From the IMG/VR virus record IMGVR_UViG_3300010352_001202: a stretch of 64,000 nucleotides of DNA; one strand, given 5' to 3'. The DNA comes from a virus. Taxonomy: Duplodnaviria; Caudoviricetes. The translations under genes and the position numbers were made by a program. The notes below the pieces were generated by a model, which ran no database searches, was not told the origin of the DNA, and saw only the letters and a program-made list of their open reading frames with translations. This document shows, one piece after another, positions 19,058 to 28,875 of this stretch. Numbering within the stretch: position 1 is the first letter of the stretch; the number at the start of each line of letters is the position of its first letter.

Positions 19058-20053
19058 ATGAATACACAAATCTGGGAAAATACCCGCTGCATTCCCAGCA
19101 GCGACTCCAATGTGCGCAAGTATGTCTTCACCAACGAAGGCGCCAAAGGTGCTGTTGCGGAAGCGGTGCTGTACAAATATCCGACCTACGAGGATCGCAC
19201 TGTTGTATGTTGCAGCACGCAATCCGGCTGTCCGATTGGATGCCGTTTCTGCGGTACTGGTGAGTTCTTCATCCGCAGCCTGACTGCCGATGAAATCGTT
19301 GCGCAGGTGCAGCATCTATTCGCAGATCAAAATATCGATCACACAAAGGTTGATCGAATGCAAATTATGTTCATGTCGATGGGCGAACCCATGTTGAACA
19401 AGCAAGGGCTGGAAGGTGCATTGCGTCGTTTGCATGTTATGTACCCTCGTGCAGCGTTGCTGATCAGCACTTCTGCACCGGATGTGGATTACAACTGGTT
19501 GGCTGACCTGTCAGTGGAGATTCCTACCATTGGCCTGCAATTCTCTGTACACGAATCGACTGACGAAGCACGCAATAAGCTGATTCCGTTTGCGAATAAG
19601 CTGTCTTTGTCTGAGATTTCAATTGAGGGTGCATACTGGTTTTCACAGACCGGCCGTCAGCCATTCTTTAACTATTGCGCACACGAAGGCAATACTTCGC
19701 AGGAGGATGCAGATCGCTTGATGCAACTCTTCAATCCGCAAATCTGGCAAGCAACCGTGTCTGTTATTTGTGAGCAGGACGAATCCGTTGCTGCTGCAAA
19801 TCAGCGCCAACGCCAATTGGCTACCGACTTTATGGATAAGCTCCTGAGCCGTGGCTTTTCCGTTCGCTGCTTTGATCCTGCCGGTCAGGATGATATCGGG
19901 GGCGGATGTGGCCAACTTTGGTTTGTGCAAGATTTCGCCAACACTCACCCGGAACTTACTCGTAAGTCGTGTGGTGCTGGCAAAGAGAAAGTACACGCGC
20001 CGCGTGTTACTGATGAATGGATGACAATCGGGTTTCACAAGGGAGATTTCTAA
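19058..20053 (+). CDS. RlmN/Cfr-like radical SAM RNA methyltransferase
   Basis: CCSTQSGCPIGCRFC, MSMGEP, SVH, DIGGGCGQL; both catalytic Cys positions present. Confidence 0.82.
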   Translation: MNTQIWENTRCIPSSDSNVRKYVFTNEGAKGAVAEAVLYKYPTYEDRTVVCCSTQSGCPIGCRFCGTGEFFIRSLTADEIVAQVQHLFADQNIDHTKVDRMQIMFMSMGEPMLNKQGLEGALRRLHVMYPRAALLISTSAPDVDYNWLADLSVEIPTIGLQFSVHESTDEARNKLIPFANKLSLSEISIEGAYWFSQTGRQPFFNYCAHEGNTSQEDADRLMQLFNPQIWQATVSVICEQDESVAAANQRQRQLATDFMDKLLSRGFSVRCFDPAGQDDIGGGCGQLWFVQDFANTHPELTRKSCGAGKEKVHAPRVTDEWMTIGFHKGDF

Positions 20054-20577
20054 TGATTACACTAAAAGACTTTATGGAAGCTATCCAGTACAAGGTTACG
20101 GATGGCAGCAAGTATGAATGGCATTGCTATGGTCCCGATGCGTATTCAATGGATTACTGGAACGGCCTGCATGACGACGGTGGCGTGAGTGTTACCTGCG
20201 TGTTCGATACCGGTGATCAGACCGTCTACGAAATGCAGGCATGGGACTATGGTACCAAACGCTACTACCGTTGGATCAATCCCGATTACATCGACGAAGT
20301 CGCTGCCGAATCTGAGGAACGCGGCGTTAGCTTTGAAAATGCTATCGACGATATCAACTTCATTGATCTGGATGTTGCCGACGATATCCTGGAAAAGGCT
20401 TCAGCAATGGTTGCAGGCGAAGAGTACGATACTCGTGTGCAGATTAGCATTGTTATCGACGATGATCTGCTTTTCTCTGCAATGAAATTTGCGCACGAAG
20501 CAGATATCACCCTGAACGAATACATCGAGGAAATCCTTAGGTTGGAGATTGCTCGCGTAGCTGCAATGGGTGCGTAA
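20053..20577 (+). CDS. hypothetical phage protein with C-terminal ribbon-helix-helix-like segment
   Basis: AHEADITLNEYIEEIL. Confidence 0.65.
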   Translation: MITLKDFMEAIQYKVTDGSKYEWHCYGPDAYSMDYWNGLHDDGGVSVTCVFDTGDQTVYEMQAWDYGTKRYYRWINPDYIDEVAAESEERGVSFENAIDDINFIDLDVADDILEKASAMVAGEEYDTRVQISIVIDDDLLFSAMKFAHEADITLNEYIEEILRLEIARVAAMGA

Positions 20578-20846
20578 TGGCTTGGCCGGATATGCTGGGC
20601 CGGCATATCGAACCCGGCCAATATGTAGTCTACTACAGCAACATCTATCAGGTGGTAGATTTGCTTGGTGCAGGGGACGGTTGTGATTTTCGAACATGTG
20701 CAAGAGCACGCATCGGGTCCGGCCTAGTAAGGATCAAGTTGGTCGATGCTTCAAAAACTACTAAATCCGTTAAGAAAAATAGTCACGAGATGTGTATAAT
20801 AGACACAGACGATGTACTCGTCTGGAAATTAAAACGAGGATACTAA
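20577..20846 (+). CDS. small SH3/KOW-like protein
   Basis: DMLGRHIEPGQYVVY; paralog of ORF 5766. Confidence 0.55.
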   Translation: MAWPDMLGRHIEPGQYVVYYSNIYQVVDLLGAGDGCDFRTCARARIGSGLVRIKLVDASKTTKSVKKNSHEMCIIDTDDVLVWKLKRGY

Positions 20847-20847
20847 A

Positions 20848-22041
20848 GTGGAAATCGATAATGTAAAAATGTGGGTGGGTTCTATGGAAGTAGAACAAGC
20901 TGCCCTGGTTCAAATCATGAACATCTCGCAACTGCCTATCCTTGCGGGTCATATGGCTATCATGCCTGATGTCCACATGGGTAAGGGTGCCACTGTTGGT
21001 TCCGTTATTCCTACCCGTTCTGCTATCATTCCTGCTGCTGTTGGTGTTGACATCGGCTGCGGTATGGTTGCTGCAATGACTAATCTGAGGGCCGAAGACC
21101 TTCCAGATTCGCTGTTCTCTTTGAGAAACCAAATTGAACGCGACGTCCCTGTGGGCTTCAACGAGCACGCAAAGGGCATTCCTTCTGTTTCCGGCCCGTA
21201 TGCTGATGTTCTACGAAAGAATCTCAACAAGACTATGGATGCTTTCGAGCACCTAGCCCTGAAGGCGAAGCTTGGCCGCGCTGACGAGAAGAAGATCGGT
21301 CGTCAGGTAGGTACGCTGGGTGGTGGTAACCACTTCATTGAAATCTGTCTTGATGTAAATGGTGCAGTGTGGGTAATGCTACACTCAGGTTCACGCGGCA
21401 TCGGCAATCAAATCGGTACCGTTGCTGTGGAACTTGCTAAGGAGCAGGCTGCAAAGCGCGGATACGGCTTGCCAGATGAAGATTTGGCTTGGCTGGAAGA
21501 AGGTACTCCGGAATTCGATGCGTATATTGAAGCAATGCATTGGGCGCAAGACTATGCACGTTTCAATCGTGATACCATGATGAATTTGGTACTTGCCGGC
21601 CTGCGTCACCGTATTCCGAAGATGCAGGTGGTTGGTGAGGTAATCAACTGCCACCACAACTTTACTTCTTGGGAAGAGCACAACGGATCCGGAATGTGGG
21701 TTACCCGCAAGGGTGCTGTATCCGCCAACGAAGGTCAGCTTGGCATTATTCCGGGATCGATGGGCGCGAAATCTTTTATTGTGAGGGGGAAGGGCAACCA
21801 TGACGCCTACTGTTCGTGTTCGCACGGCGCAGGACGTAAGATGAGCCGGAACCAGGCGAAAAAGCTCTTTACTTCTCTTGACTTGGCTGAGCAGACTGCT
21901 GGTATCGAATGTCGCAAGGATGACGCGGTGATTGACGAAATCCCGGGTGCATATAAGGACATTGATGAAGTTATGGCTGCACAGGCTGATCTTGTGGATG
22001 TTGTTACCACCCTGAAGCAGATTCTCTGTGTAAAGGGTTGA
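20848..22041 (+). CDS. rtcB: RtcB RNA ligase
   Basis: MPDVH, VGVDIGCG, GGGNHFIE, HSGSRG, HN, RKGA, PGSMG, SHGAGR, DEIPGAYKDI. Confidence 0.96.
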   Translation: MEIDNVKMWVGSMEVEQAALVQIMNISQLPILAGHMAIMPDVHMGKGATVGSVIPTRSAIIPAAVGVDIGCGMVAAMTNLRAEDLPDSLFSLRNQIERDVPVGFNEHAKGIPSVSGPYADVLRKNLNKTMDAFEHLALKAKLGRADEKKIGRQVGTLGGGNHFIEICLDVNGAVWVMLHSGSRGIGNQIGTVAVELAKEQAAKRGYGLPDEDLAWLEEGTPEFDAYIEAMHWAQDYARFNRDTMMNLVLAGLRHRIPKMQVVGEVINCHHNFTSWEEHNGSGMWVTRKGAVSANEGQLGIIPGSMGAKSFIVRGKGNHDAYCSCSHGAGRKMSRNQAKKLFTSLDLAEQTAGIECRKDDAVIDEIPGAYKDIDEVMAAQADLVDVVTTLKQILCVKG

Positions 22042-22042
22042 C

Positions 22043-22228
22043 ATGAGAACAGAAAGAGACATCAACGAACGCTACGATGGTATTGAACAAGGTATCATGC
22101 TATATGCACACTGGAAGGATGGAGTGCAATATGTTGGTACCTGCGGCAAAACACTTGAACAGGCATTAGCAGATATCGACAAAGAACGAGAGAAAGAACT
22201 CGCCGATATAAGGTACTATAATGGATAA
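22043..22228 (+). CDS. hypothetical protein
   Basis: YAHWKDGVQYVGTCG. Confidence 0.6.
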   Translation: MRTERDINERYDGIEQGIMLYAHWKDGVQYVGTCGKTLEQALADIDKEREKELADIRYYNG

Positions 22229-22628
22229 CAATAACACACTAAAATTCGTCTGGGCTCATATGATTGAGCGTGGCAAGCTCACTACTGGCGAATGGAGCTA
22301 TTATGGCGGCGACTGGGAATCTTCTCCTTCGACTTGGAAATGGGAAGAAGTCGATGCTGCCAACAAAGCATTCAAGGAAAAAGTAAAGTCGGTCGGGGTG
22401 GATTGGGACAAGACCAAAGAGCCAGAATCATCTATGGAGTCTGCCTTTACTGATACCTTCCATGACTCAGATACAGTTGAGACCTTACTTGGTACAATTG
22501 TACTAAAGGATGGTTCGGAATATTTGGTAGGTGTCGGAAACTCCGATATCAATTTTGGCGAATACATCAAACTCATTCGCAGGCAACTGGAAGACCAACA
22601 ACGCATGAAAGACATCTTCGGAGACTGA
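22221..22628 (+). CDS. hypothetical protein
   Basis: Packed ORF. Confidence 0.65.
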   Translation: MDNNNTLKFVWAHMIERGKLTTGEWSYYGGDWESSPSTWKWEEVDAANKAFKEKVKSVGVDWDKTKEPESSMESAFTDTFHDSDTVETLLGTIVLKDGSEYLVGVGNSDINFGEYIKLIRRQLEDQQRMKDIFGD

Positions 22629-22629
22629 T

Positions 22630-22812
22630 ATGGAAAAACTAACTTTTGATGAATTGTACGCATTACTTGAGGATATGCCCGAGCAGGTATTCCTTGATAT
22701 GGTAGCATCCGATGAATCAAGGCAAGCCTGGTTGTCACAATACGGCTGGACTATCAATGAATACGAGGCCGCCGTTGTTGAGATGTTCGATTTCGACGGC
22801 CCAGAAGAATAA
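22630..22812 (+). CDS. small acidic protein, GWTxxE(F/Y) family
   Basis: YGWTINEY. Confidence 0.6.
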   Translation: MEKLTFDELYALLEDMPEQVFLDMVASDESRQAWLSQYGWTINEYEAAVVEMFDFDGPEE

Positions 22813-22878
22813 GCCAGTTGCACTCTGCAGAGCAGGGTGTATAATTATGACTGCTGCATAAGCACAAGGAGAGAACGC

Positions 22879-23121
22879 ATGTTTTTTATTGATCTATTGG
22901 CATTCCTGGTTGCGATTGGCGTGATTGTTTTCTTTGTCACGCAGGTCGCACTTCCTTTCTACCAAGGGACTCCGTTTTTCCCGTGGTTGCGTGGTACCCC
23001 TGCGCATCAGAAGGTAGTTCACATCCAGGAAGAACTTGCCGAAACTGAAGAGGAGATCCAAGCAAAGGCTCTCCAAGATGAACTCAACCGCCGGAAGGCA
23101 CAACTGAAGGAACCCGAATGA
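22879..23121 (+). CDS. small membrane protein, probable SPFH partner
   Basis: AGGAG SD, N-terminal TM plus coiled coil, ATGA overlap with the SPFH gene. Confidence 0.65.
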   Translation: MFFIDLLAFLVAIGVIVFFVTQVALPFYQGTPFFPWLRGTPAHQKVVHIQEELAETEEEIQAKALQDELNRRKAQLKEPE

Positions 23122-24365
23122 ACGCTACCCGAATGATTGCACTGATTGTCGGTGCAGTCCTCACCCTTGCTGTGGTGATTTGTCTCCCGATGATGTTTGA
23201 AGATCTGGATTCGAGCCAGATCATGGTCATCCAACACCCGATTTCGGGTCAACTGGATGTGATTACCGAGCCGGGCATTGCATGGCAGGGCTTTGGTTCC
23301 GTTACGAAGTATCCGCGACGTAACGAATTCAAGTTCAGCCTGGGTTGCGCTGCCGGCACTGTTGCTGCTAAGGACGTCCAGGTCGGCGACCATACCAGTG
23401 CAGGTCTTGGCATTCGTTTCTATGACGGTGGTAACGCAACTCTGTGCGGTTCCATCTCCTGGATGATGCCACTGGATCCGAAGAGTGTTGTGGAAATCCA
23501 TCGAGACTTCCACTCAGCCGAAGCATTCGAACTGCAAGCCATTCGACGCTCAATGGAATCGTCTTCGACGTTCTCCGGTCCTACTATGACGTCGTTTGAA
23601 TCGGCTGCTGGTCGAAGAAACGAGCTCCTGCAAATCCTGAACGAGCAAACCCTGCACGGTGTCTACAAGACTACGAGCAAGACTGTTCGCGCCAAGGATG
23701 TGGCTGGTGTGGAAAAGGACATGCAGATCACCGAAATCGTCAAGGACGAAAAGGGCCTGCCGATCCGAGCACAGGAAAGCTATGTGAACAAGTATCACGT
23801 CACTATGCTTCCGATGACCATCAGTTCCTTCAAGTATGAGGACCGTGTGGAAGCGCAGATCAAGGCGCAGCAGGAAGCTACCAACGCAGCGGTTGTTGCG
23901 ATTGCGAATGCCAAACGTGCCGACCAGGATGCAATTACGGCAGAAGCTCAAGGTCGAGCCAACGCTGCAAAGGCTGAATGGGAACAGAAGACCCTGAACG
24001 CGAAGACGATTGCGGATGCACAATCCAAGGTCACGATTGCGGATGCAAGCGTCAAGGAAGCTGAAGCGTTCAAGAAGGCTGAAATCTTGCGCGGTGAAGG
24101 TGAAGCGACTCGCAAGAAGCTGGTGATGGAAGCTGACGGTCAGTTGGACAAGAAGCTGGAAGCCCTGGTCAAGATGAACGACCGATACGCTACTGCAATC
24201 GAGAAAGCCCAACCCGGTGCCTGGTCTCCCGCAGTGCAAATGGGTCAAGGTGGTGCTAGTGCAGGCTCGCGTGCTACCGAACTGGTGGACCTGATGACTG
24301 CCAAGACTGCCAAAGAACTTGGCATTGACATGGGCGTAGTCCGCGGAGCTACTGCCAAGAAGTAA
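23118..24365 (+). CDS. SPFH/band-7 family membrane protein
   Basis: N-terminal TM, SPFH-like core, long Ala/Glu coiled coil (AEAQG, GEGEA). Confidence 0.75.
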   Translation: MNATRMIALIVGAVLTLAVVICLPMMFEDLDSSQIMVIQHPISGQLDVITEPGIAWQGFGSVTKYPRRNEFKFSLGCAAGTVAAKDVQVGDHTSAGLGIRFYDGGNATLCGSISWMMPLDPKSVVEIHRDFHSAEAFELQAIRRSMESSSTFSGPTMTSFESAAGRRNELLQILNEQTLHGVYKTTSKTVRAKDVAGVEKDMQITEIVKDEKGLPIRAQESYVNKYHVTMLPMTISSFKYEDRVEAQIKAQQEATNAAVVAIANAKRADQDAITAEAQGRANAAKAEWEQKTLNAKTIADAQSKVTIADASVKEAEAFKKAEILRGEGEATRKKLVMEADGQLDKKLEALVKMNDRYATAIEKAQPGAWSPAVQMGQGGASAGSRATELVDLMTAKTAKELGIDMGVVRGATAKK

Positions 24366-24448
24366 GTGAAATACAGGCGGCAACGCCTGTTGATCAACAT
24401 AGGGCTATGCACTATAATGGTGTATAGCCCTTACCTACGAAAGAGACT

Positions 24449-25234
24449 ATGTCAAATATTCACAACTTCGCTAATCGTCAACTCTGCGAATACGCATCGA
24501 TCTTTCCGACTGTTGCTTCATTGCTTGATCATCTGCTGTTTACAAACGGCAATGGTTATAGTGTACGCAACGGAATGATCGTCGACGGCAATAGAGTTCG
24601 CATCGACGAATATCCGGAAATGACCGATGCAGAATGGGATGCACTGATTGCTGCATGTCACGCCAAGGAACGCCGTTTCGCCGAAGAATATGCGCGTGAT
24701 GGCAAACCGGTCGATGAAGCAGCCCTGGCAGAAGATTGCTCCATCTATCAGCGTATGTCGGTTACCGACTCTGATTTTAGCATGCCTTCGCTGGCGGCCG
24801 ATTTGTTCGTAAAGATGGAAGCACGCCAAGAAGAGCGCGGCATGTTTGCCGGCGAATACTATCTTCGCCCGTATCCCTTGTCGAAGGGCTATGCAGATGT
24901 GTTCCGTTTGAATGAGAAGACGCCAAAATGGTTTCTGCAGATTGCATTCAACTTCTGCGCTGTTTGGACGGAATTCCTGACAAACGAAATCAATACCGGG
25001 CATGTGTGGCTGCCGCCTTCGCAACGTCCTAAGGTTGAACCTACACCGGAACAGGCTGCCAGAGCCGATGGTATCAAGGCACTGCTTGACATGCTCAAGT
25101 CGGGCGACGACTACGACGGCTGGCTGGATAAGCCGGAGCCTACGTCAGATTATGCAGATCTAACCTGGACCACAACGCACAGGGACCTGCTTGCTGCAGA
25201 GACGGTTCGCCTGAAGGCTTTGCTGGAAAAGTAA
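24449..25234 (+). CDS. hypothetical protein
   Basis: 261-aa ORF after promoter TTGATC-17-TATAAT. Confidence 0.75.
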   Translation: MSNIHNFANRQLCEYASIFPTVASLLDHLLFTNGNGYSVRNGMIVDGNRVRIDEYPEMTDAEWDALIAACHAKERRFAEEYARDGKPVDEAALAEDCSIYQRMSVTDSDFSMPSLAADLFVKMEARQEERGMFAGEYYLRPYPLSKGYADVFRLNEKTPKWFLQIAFNFCAVWTEFLTNEINTGHVWLPPSQRPKVEPTPEQAARADGIKALLDMLKSGDDYDGWLDKPEPTSDYADLTWTTTHRDLLAAETVRLKALLEK

Positions 25235-25516
25235 ATGGGCAAGCTTCGTGTATTATCTGTTGCCGAAGCTAAGTGGGATTCGGATGCCCTTGTCTGCGAG
25301 CAGGAATCTGGCTACGGCATCAATAAAGGGACATTGAGGATAAGGATCGGTACAGATGCCAGTCTGGTTGTTACTCAGTTCAATCACGGAATGCAACAGT
25401 GTGGAGTAGTGGTGCTAAAAGACCTTGACATAGATGGTCTGCTACAATACTTGCAAGATGTCAAGCAACTGATTTCAGAAGAACAACTGGCTTTGAAGCT
25501 AATGGGGAAAAAATGA
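25235..25516 (+). CDS. hypothetical protein
   Basis: Packed ORF. Confidence 0.6.
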   Translation: MGKLRVLSVAEAKWDSDALVCEQESGYGINKGTLRIRIGTDASLVVTQFNHGMQQCGVVVLKDLDIDGLLQYLQDVKQLISEEQLALKLMGKK

Positions 25517-25785
25517 GCAATATTGATATGATGAGCGGATTTATGGTTTACTGGATGGATATGTCCGGTGGCGAATTTTTCCCGTTCCATTCACACTTTA
25601 CGATGGACGAAATGACCGAAGCACTGGCCTTCATGGAAGACCTGCGCAGGAAGCCAGAAAATGCCTTTGTGGGTATGGTTTCACAAAATCCGGATCATGT
25701 TGGCAAGCCCGGCGCTAGCACCATACTGCCGGAAGACTATACGCCTGCAATCGTTGTAGTTCCAGCAATCGTGGAGAAAGTGTAA
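25513..25785 (+). CDS. hypothetical protein
   Basis: MVSQNPDHVGKPG. Confidence 0.6.
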   Translation: MSNIDMMSGFMVYWMDMSGGEFFPFHSHFTMDEMTEALAFMEDLRRKPENAFVGMVSQNPDHVGKPGASTILPEDYTPAIVVVPAIVEKV

Positions 25786-25912
25786 TGGACTTTTGGCTTA
25801 TCCTGCTTGTATTGTGCTTTGCAGTAAACCTATACGGCCTTATCATGGGCGGTGGTTTCCTAAGCCTGATCTTTGTTGGTCTCAGTGGTTACTTCTTGTA
25901 CGAAAGATTCAA

Positions 25913-26398
25913 ATGAAAATCAAAACACAAATCGGTAATCTGATGCATGTCACAGCCGGCCATATTGTGCATGGCTGTAATGCACAAGGCGTGATGGGTT
26001 CGGGTGTTGCACTTGGTGTGAAACAAACCTGGCCCAATGTTTACCACGACTACAAATCTATCTACGACAGCGAAGGCCTGCGCCTTGGTGTTGCATATCA
26101 GGTGGTAGTCAGCGACGAAATTGTCGTGTGGAATGCTATTACGCAGAATCTGTACGGAACTGGTAAACGCCTTACCAGTTATGATGCCGTCCAGACCTGC
26201 TTTGAGCAGATCAACTGGCACATCAAGGAAGGTGGTATCAACAACAAGAAGTTCACACAACCTGCTGAACTGCACATTCCGCTAATTGGTGCTGCACGCG
26301 GCGGCGGCAATTGGGAAATCATCCGTGAAATCATCGAGCAGACCGTAGAGTATCCTGTTACTCTGTGGCTTCCCGATTCAACTGTTACAACGAGGTAA
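25913..26398 (+). CDS. macro domain protein (ADP-ribose binding/hydrolase)
   Basis: VHGCNAQGVMGSGVA, PLIGAARGGGNW. Confidence 0.88.
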   Translation: MKIKTQIGNLMHVTAGHIVHGCNAQGVMGSGVALGVKQTWPNVYHDYKSIYDSEGLRLGVAYQVVVSDEIVVWNAITQNLYGTGKRLTSYDAVQTCFEQINWHIKEGGINNKKFTQPAELHIPLIGAARGGGNWEIIREIIEQTVEYPVTLWLPDSTVTTR

Positions 26399-26402
26399 GA
26401 CC

Positions 26403-26594
26403 ATGCTGAAAGTACATCAAGCCCCTTCTAAGGAACACCTCGATGTGTTCATCAACGCCTTCATGAACGGCGCAAACCGTAAAGGTGATTGGGCAGTAGC
26501 ACAACCCGATTGCGGCGCCGTGGTTTTTCCTGCACAATTTGTAGTTGTTGCAGATAATAGGATTAGCCTGGCAACAATTCAATTCCTCAATTGA
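26403..26594 (+). CDS. hypothetical protein
   Basis: GAGG SD. Confidence 0.55.
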   Translation: MLKVHQAPSKEHLDVFINAFMNGANRKGDWAVAQPDCGAVVFPAQFVVVADNRISLATIQFLN

Positions 26595-26606
26595 AGAAAG
26601 ACATAC

Positions 26607-27704
26607 ATGAGCTATTATCTGAAAGACGGCGAGCTGCTTTGGCCTACCAAAGAAGGCATGTACGATGTGCGCGATAAGCTGCCCGTCGGTACCTACACCG
26701 TTTGTGCCCACCCGATGAAGGGCTGGTACCTGAAGCCGATCTCCGACTTCGACATCAGCGGCAAGATCTACGGTAAGGCCACCCGCCACGCCGAGCGTAT
26801 CCTGAACACGTTTGCCGATCGTCCCTTTACCACCGGCGTGCTGTTGAACGGTGAAAAGGGTAGCGGCAAGACCATGCTGGCGAAGCGTGTTTCACAGCTG
26901 GCTGGCCAACGCGGTATTTCCACCCTGGTGATCAACACTGCGTACTGCGGCGATTCCTTCAATACCTTCATCCAAGAAATCGACGAACCGTGCGTTATCG
27001 TGTTCGACGAATTCGAGAAGGTGTACGACGACAAGGAACAAGAAGCCATCCTGACGCTGCTCGACGGTGTGTTCCCGACCAAGAAGCTGTTCCTGCTGAC
27101 TGTGAATGACAAGTACAAGGTCAATTCGCACATGCGGAATCGCCCGGGTCGCATCTTCTACATGATCGAGTTCAAGGGCCTGGACGCAGATTTCATTCGC
27201 GAATACTGCGAAGACAACCTGAACAACAAGGGTTACATCGACCAGGTGTGCCGTCTGACGCTGCTCTTCGTCAGCTTCAACTTCGACATGCTGAAGGCGC
27301 TTGTCGAGGAAATGAACCGCTACGAGGAAAGCCCGAACCAGGCCATGGAAATGCTGAACGCGAAGCCATACGATGCCGGCAGCGTGCGCCACAATGTGGA
27401 AGTGTTCATGGAAGGCAAGAAGTTGGAAGCTGAGCGTGTTCACCCGTGTGCCATCCGTGGCAACCCGATTGCGCACGAAGAGCTCAACTTCTGGGTTCGT
27501 CCGACTGTTGCCGAAGGGCAAGACCCGGATGATGTTGACCAGGTCGAACTCGAAGTGACGCAGGACATGCTGAAGAAGATTGATGCTGATTCCGGCAAGT
27601 TCACGTATGTGATCAACGAAGGCCAGCCGAACATGGCGGTGCTGGTGATCACTCGTGAAAGCTACAGCAACAAGACGCCTTACAGCTGGCTGGACGCATT
27701 CTGA
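26607..27704 (+). CDS. AAA+ ATPase
   Basis: Walker A GEKGSGKT, Walker B VFDEFEK, SRH NRPGR. Confidence 0.92.
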   Translation: MSYYLKDGELLWPTKEGMYDVRDKLPVGTYTVCAHPMKGWYLKPISDFDISGKIYGKATRHAERILNTFADRPFTTGVLLNGEKGSGKTMLAKRVSQLAGQRGISTLVINTAYCGDSFNTFIQEIDEPCVIVFDEFEKVYDDKEQEAILTLLDGVFPTKKLFLLTVNDKYKVNSHMRNRPGRIFYMIEFKGLDADFIREYCEDNLNNKGYIDQVCRLTLLFVSFNFDMLKALVEEMNRYEESPNQAMEMLNAKPYDAGSVRHNVEVFMEGKKLEAERVHPCAIRGNPIAHEELNFWVRPTVAEGQDPDDVDQVELEVTQDMLKKIDADSGKFTYVINEGQPNMAVLVITRESYSNKTPYSWLDAF

Positions 27705-27711
27705 GCTGAAT

Positions 27712-27984
27712 ATGCCTGAGCCGATTGAGCAGAAATATTCATCGGCGTATTATGCCTACAAGTCCCCTGATTATCACTATGTGATTTTTCAGGGGATACG
27801 ATCAAGGCATAGTTCGCAGGATGAAGCACTTCAACTGTGCGAGCAGTTGAATGAGCGATATGGACTTCCGCATGTGAATGTCTATAAAAGCTCGATGTTT
27901 GGAGATATCAAGCTCAGGCAGAAAAAAAATCAACGAAGAGAGAAAGAAAAATGTTTCGTAAACTACTTGTTATCTGCACCCTAG
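27712..27984 (+). CDS. hypothetical protein
   Basis: ORF between two larger genes. Confidence 0.5.
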   Translation: MPEPIEQKYSSAYYAYKSPDYHYVIFQGIRSRHSSQDEALQLCEQLNERYGLPHVNVYKSSMFGDIKLRQKKNQRREKEKCFVNYLLSAP

Positions 27985-28565
27985 CTATTGCCTCGTTGGG
28001 TGTGAATGCTGCAACAATCGACACCAGCGGTCTATCCGAAGCACAGGTTGCCGAGCTGAAAGCGCATGCTGCACAAATTGTTGCCAATGCTGCAAAGGCT
28101 GCTGCTGAGCCTGCTAAACCGGCAGAAGTTACTGCAATGGTTTCGTTGGCTTCTACATGGGGTCAGCAGGCTGCTGCCGCTGCTGAAGGTTTTGCCAAGG
28201 CGATGGGCATTGCGGCAAAGGAACTGAATGTCACTATCAACGACTTCCTGAAAAGCGATGCCGGTAAGCTTACTGCAATGCTGATCATCTGGAAGGTGGC
28301 TGGTGCTGCATTTGTGAAGGCTCTGTACGGCATTTTGTTCGTTACTGTTGGCCTAACTATGGTGCGAGTTATCTACACTCGTCTGTTCACCAAGGGCTAC
28401 GAGAAGGTTGAGTACAGCCGATTTGGTGGATTCTTCAAGGGTACCCGGATGGTTCGTATCCCTAAGAGCTTCCACGATCTGGAGAACGACGGCGAATGGC
28501 TTGCATTCTGGGTGATGATCATCCTGACTGTAGCTGTGATGATCTTCGGTGGAATGTTTTTCTAA
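27951..28565 (+). CDS. exported/membrane protein
   Basis: Signal peptide (VNA-A) and two to three TM segments. Confidence 0.7.
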   Translation: MFRKLLVICTLAIASLGVNAATIDTSGLSEAQVAELKAHAAQIVANAAKAAAEPAKPAEVTAMVSLASTWGQQAAAAAEGFAKAMGIAAKELNVTINDFLKSDAGKLTAMLIIWKVAGAAFVKALYGILFVTVGLTMVRVIYTRLFTKGYEKVEYSRFGGFFKGTRMVRIPKSFHDLENDGEWLAFWVMIILTVAVMIFGGMFF

Positions 28566-28641
28566 CACCGCTTGACATAGCCCTACGCGGGCATACAATA
28601 GGGGTAACAAGGGATTGTTACCCCTATACCTATAGAATAAT

Positions 28642-28875
28642 ATGAGATGCTACGATTGTAAAATGTGGGGAGACGGTAGTGGTACCGGCATTCCCTATGA
28701 TGCAGGCCATGTGAATTATTGCAAACATCCGCAAATTGACGGAGATCAGCATCCTTCCTATGGTGCTTGCGGTGAACCCACTTCCATGGTGATTGTGGAA
28801 AATCACTACCCACAACATCTAATGACACGCGGTAAGTTTGGCTGTGTCTTATTCGAACAACGAAAAGTAAAATGA
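28642..28875 (+). CDS. small Cys-rich protein
   Basis: CYDCKMW...FGCVLF. Confidence 0.6.
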   Translation: MRCYDCKMWGDGSGTGIPYDAGHVNYCKHPQIDGDQHPSYGACGEPTSMVIVENHYPQHLMTRGKFGCVLFEQRKVK

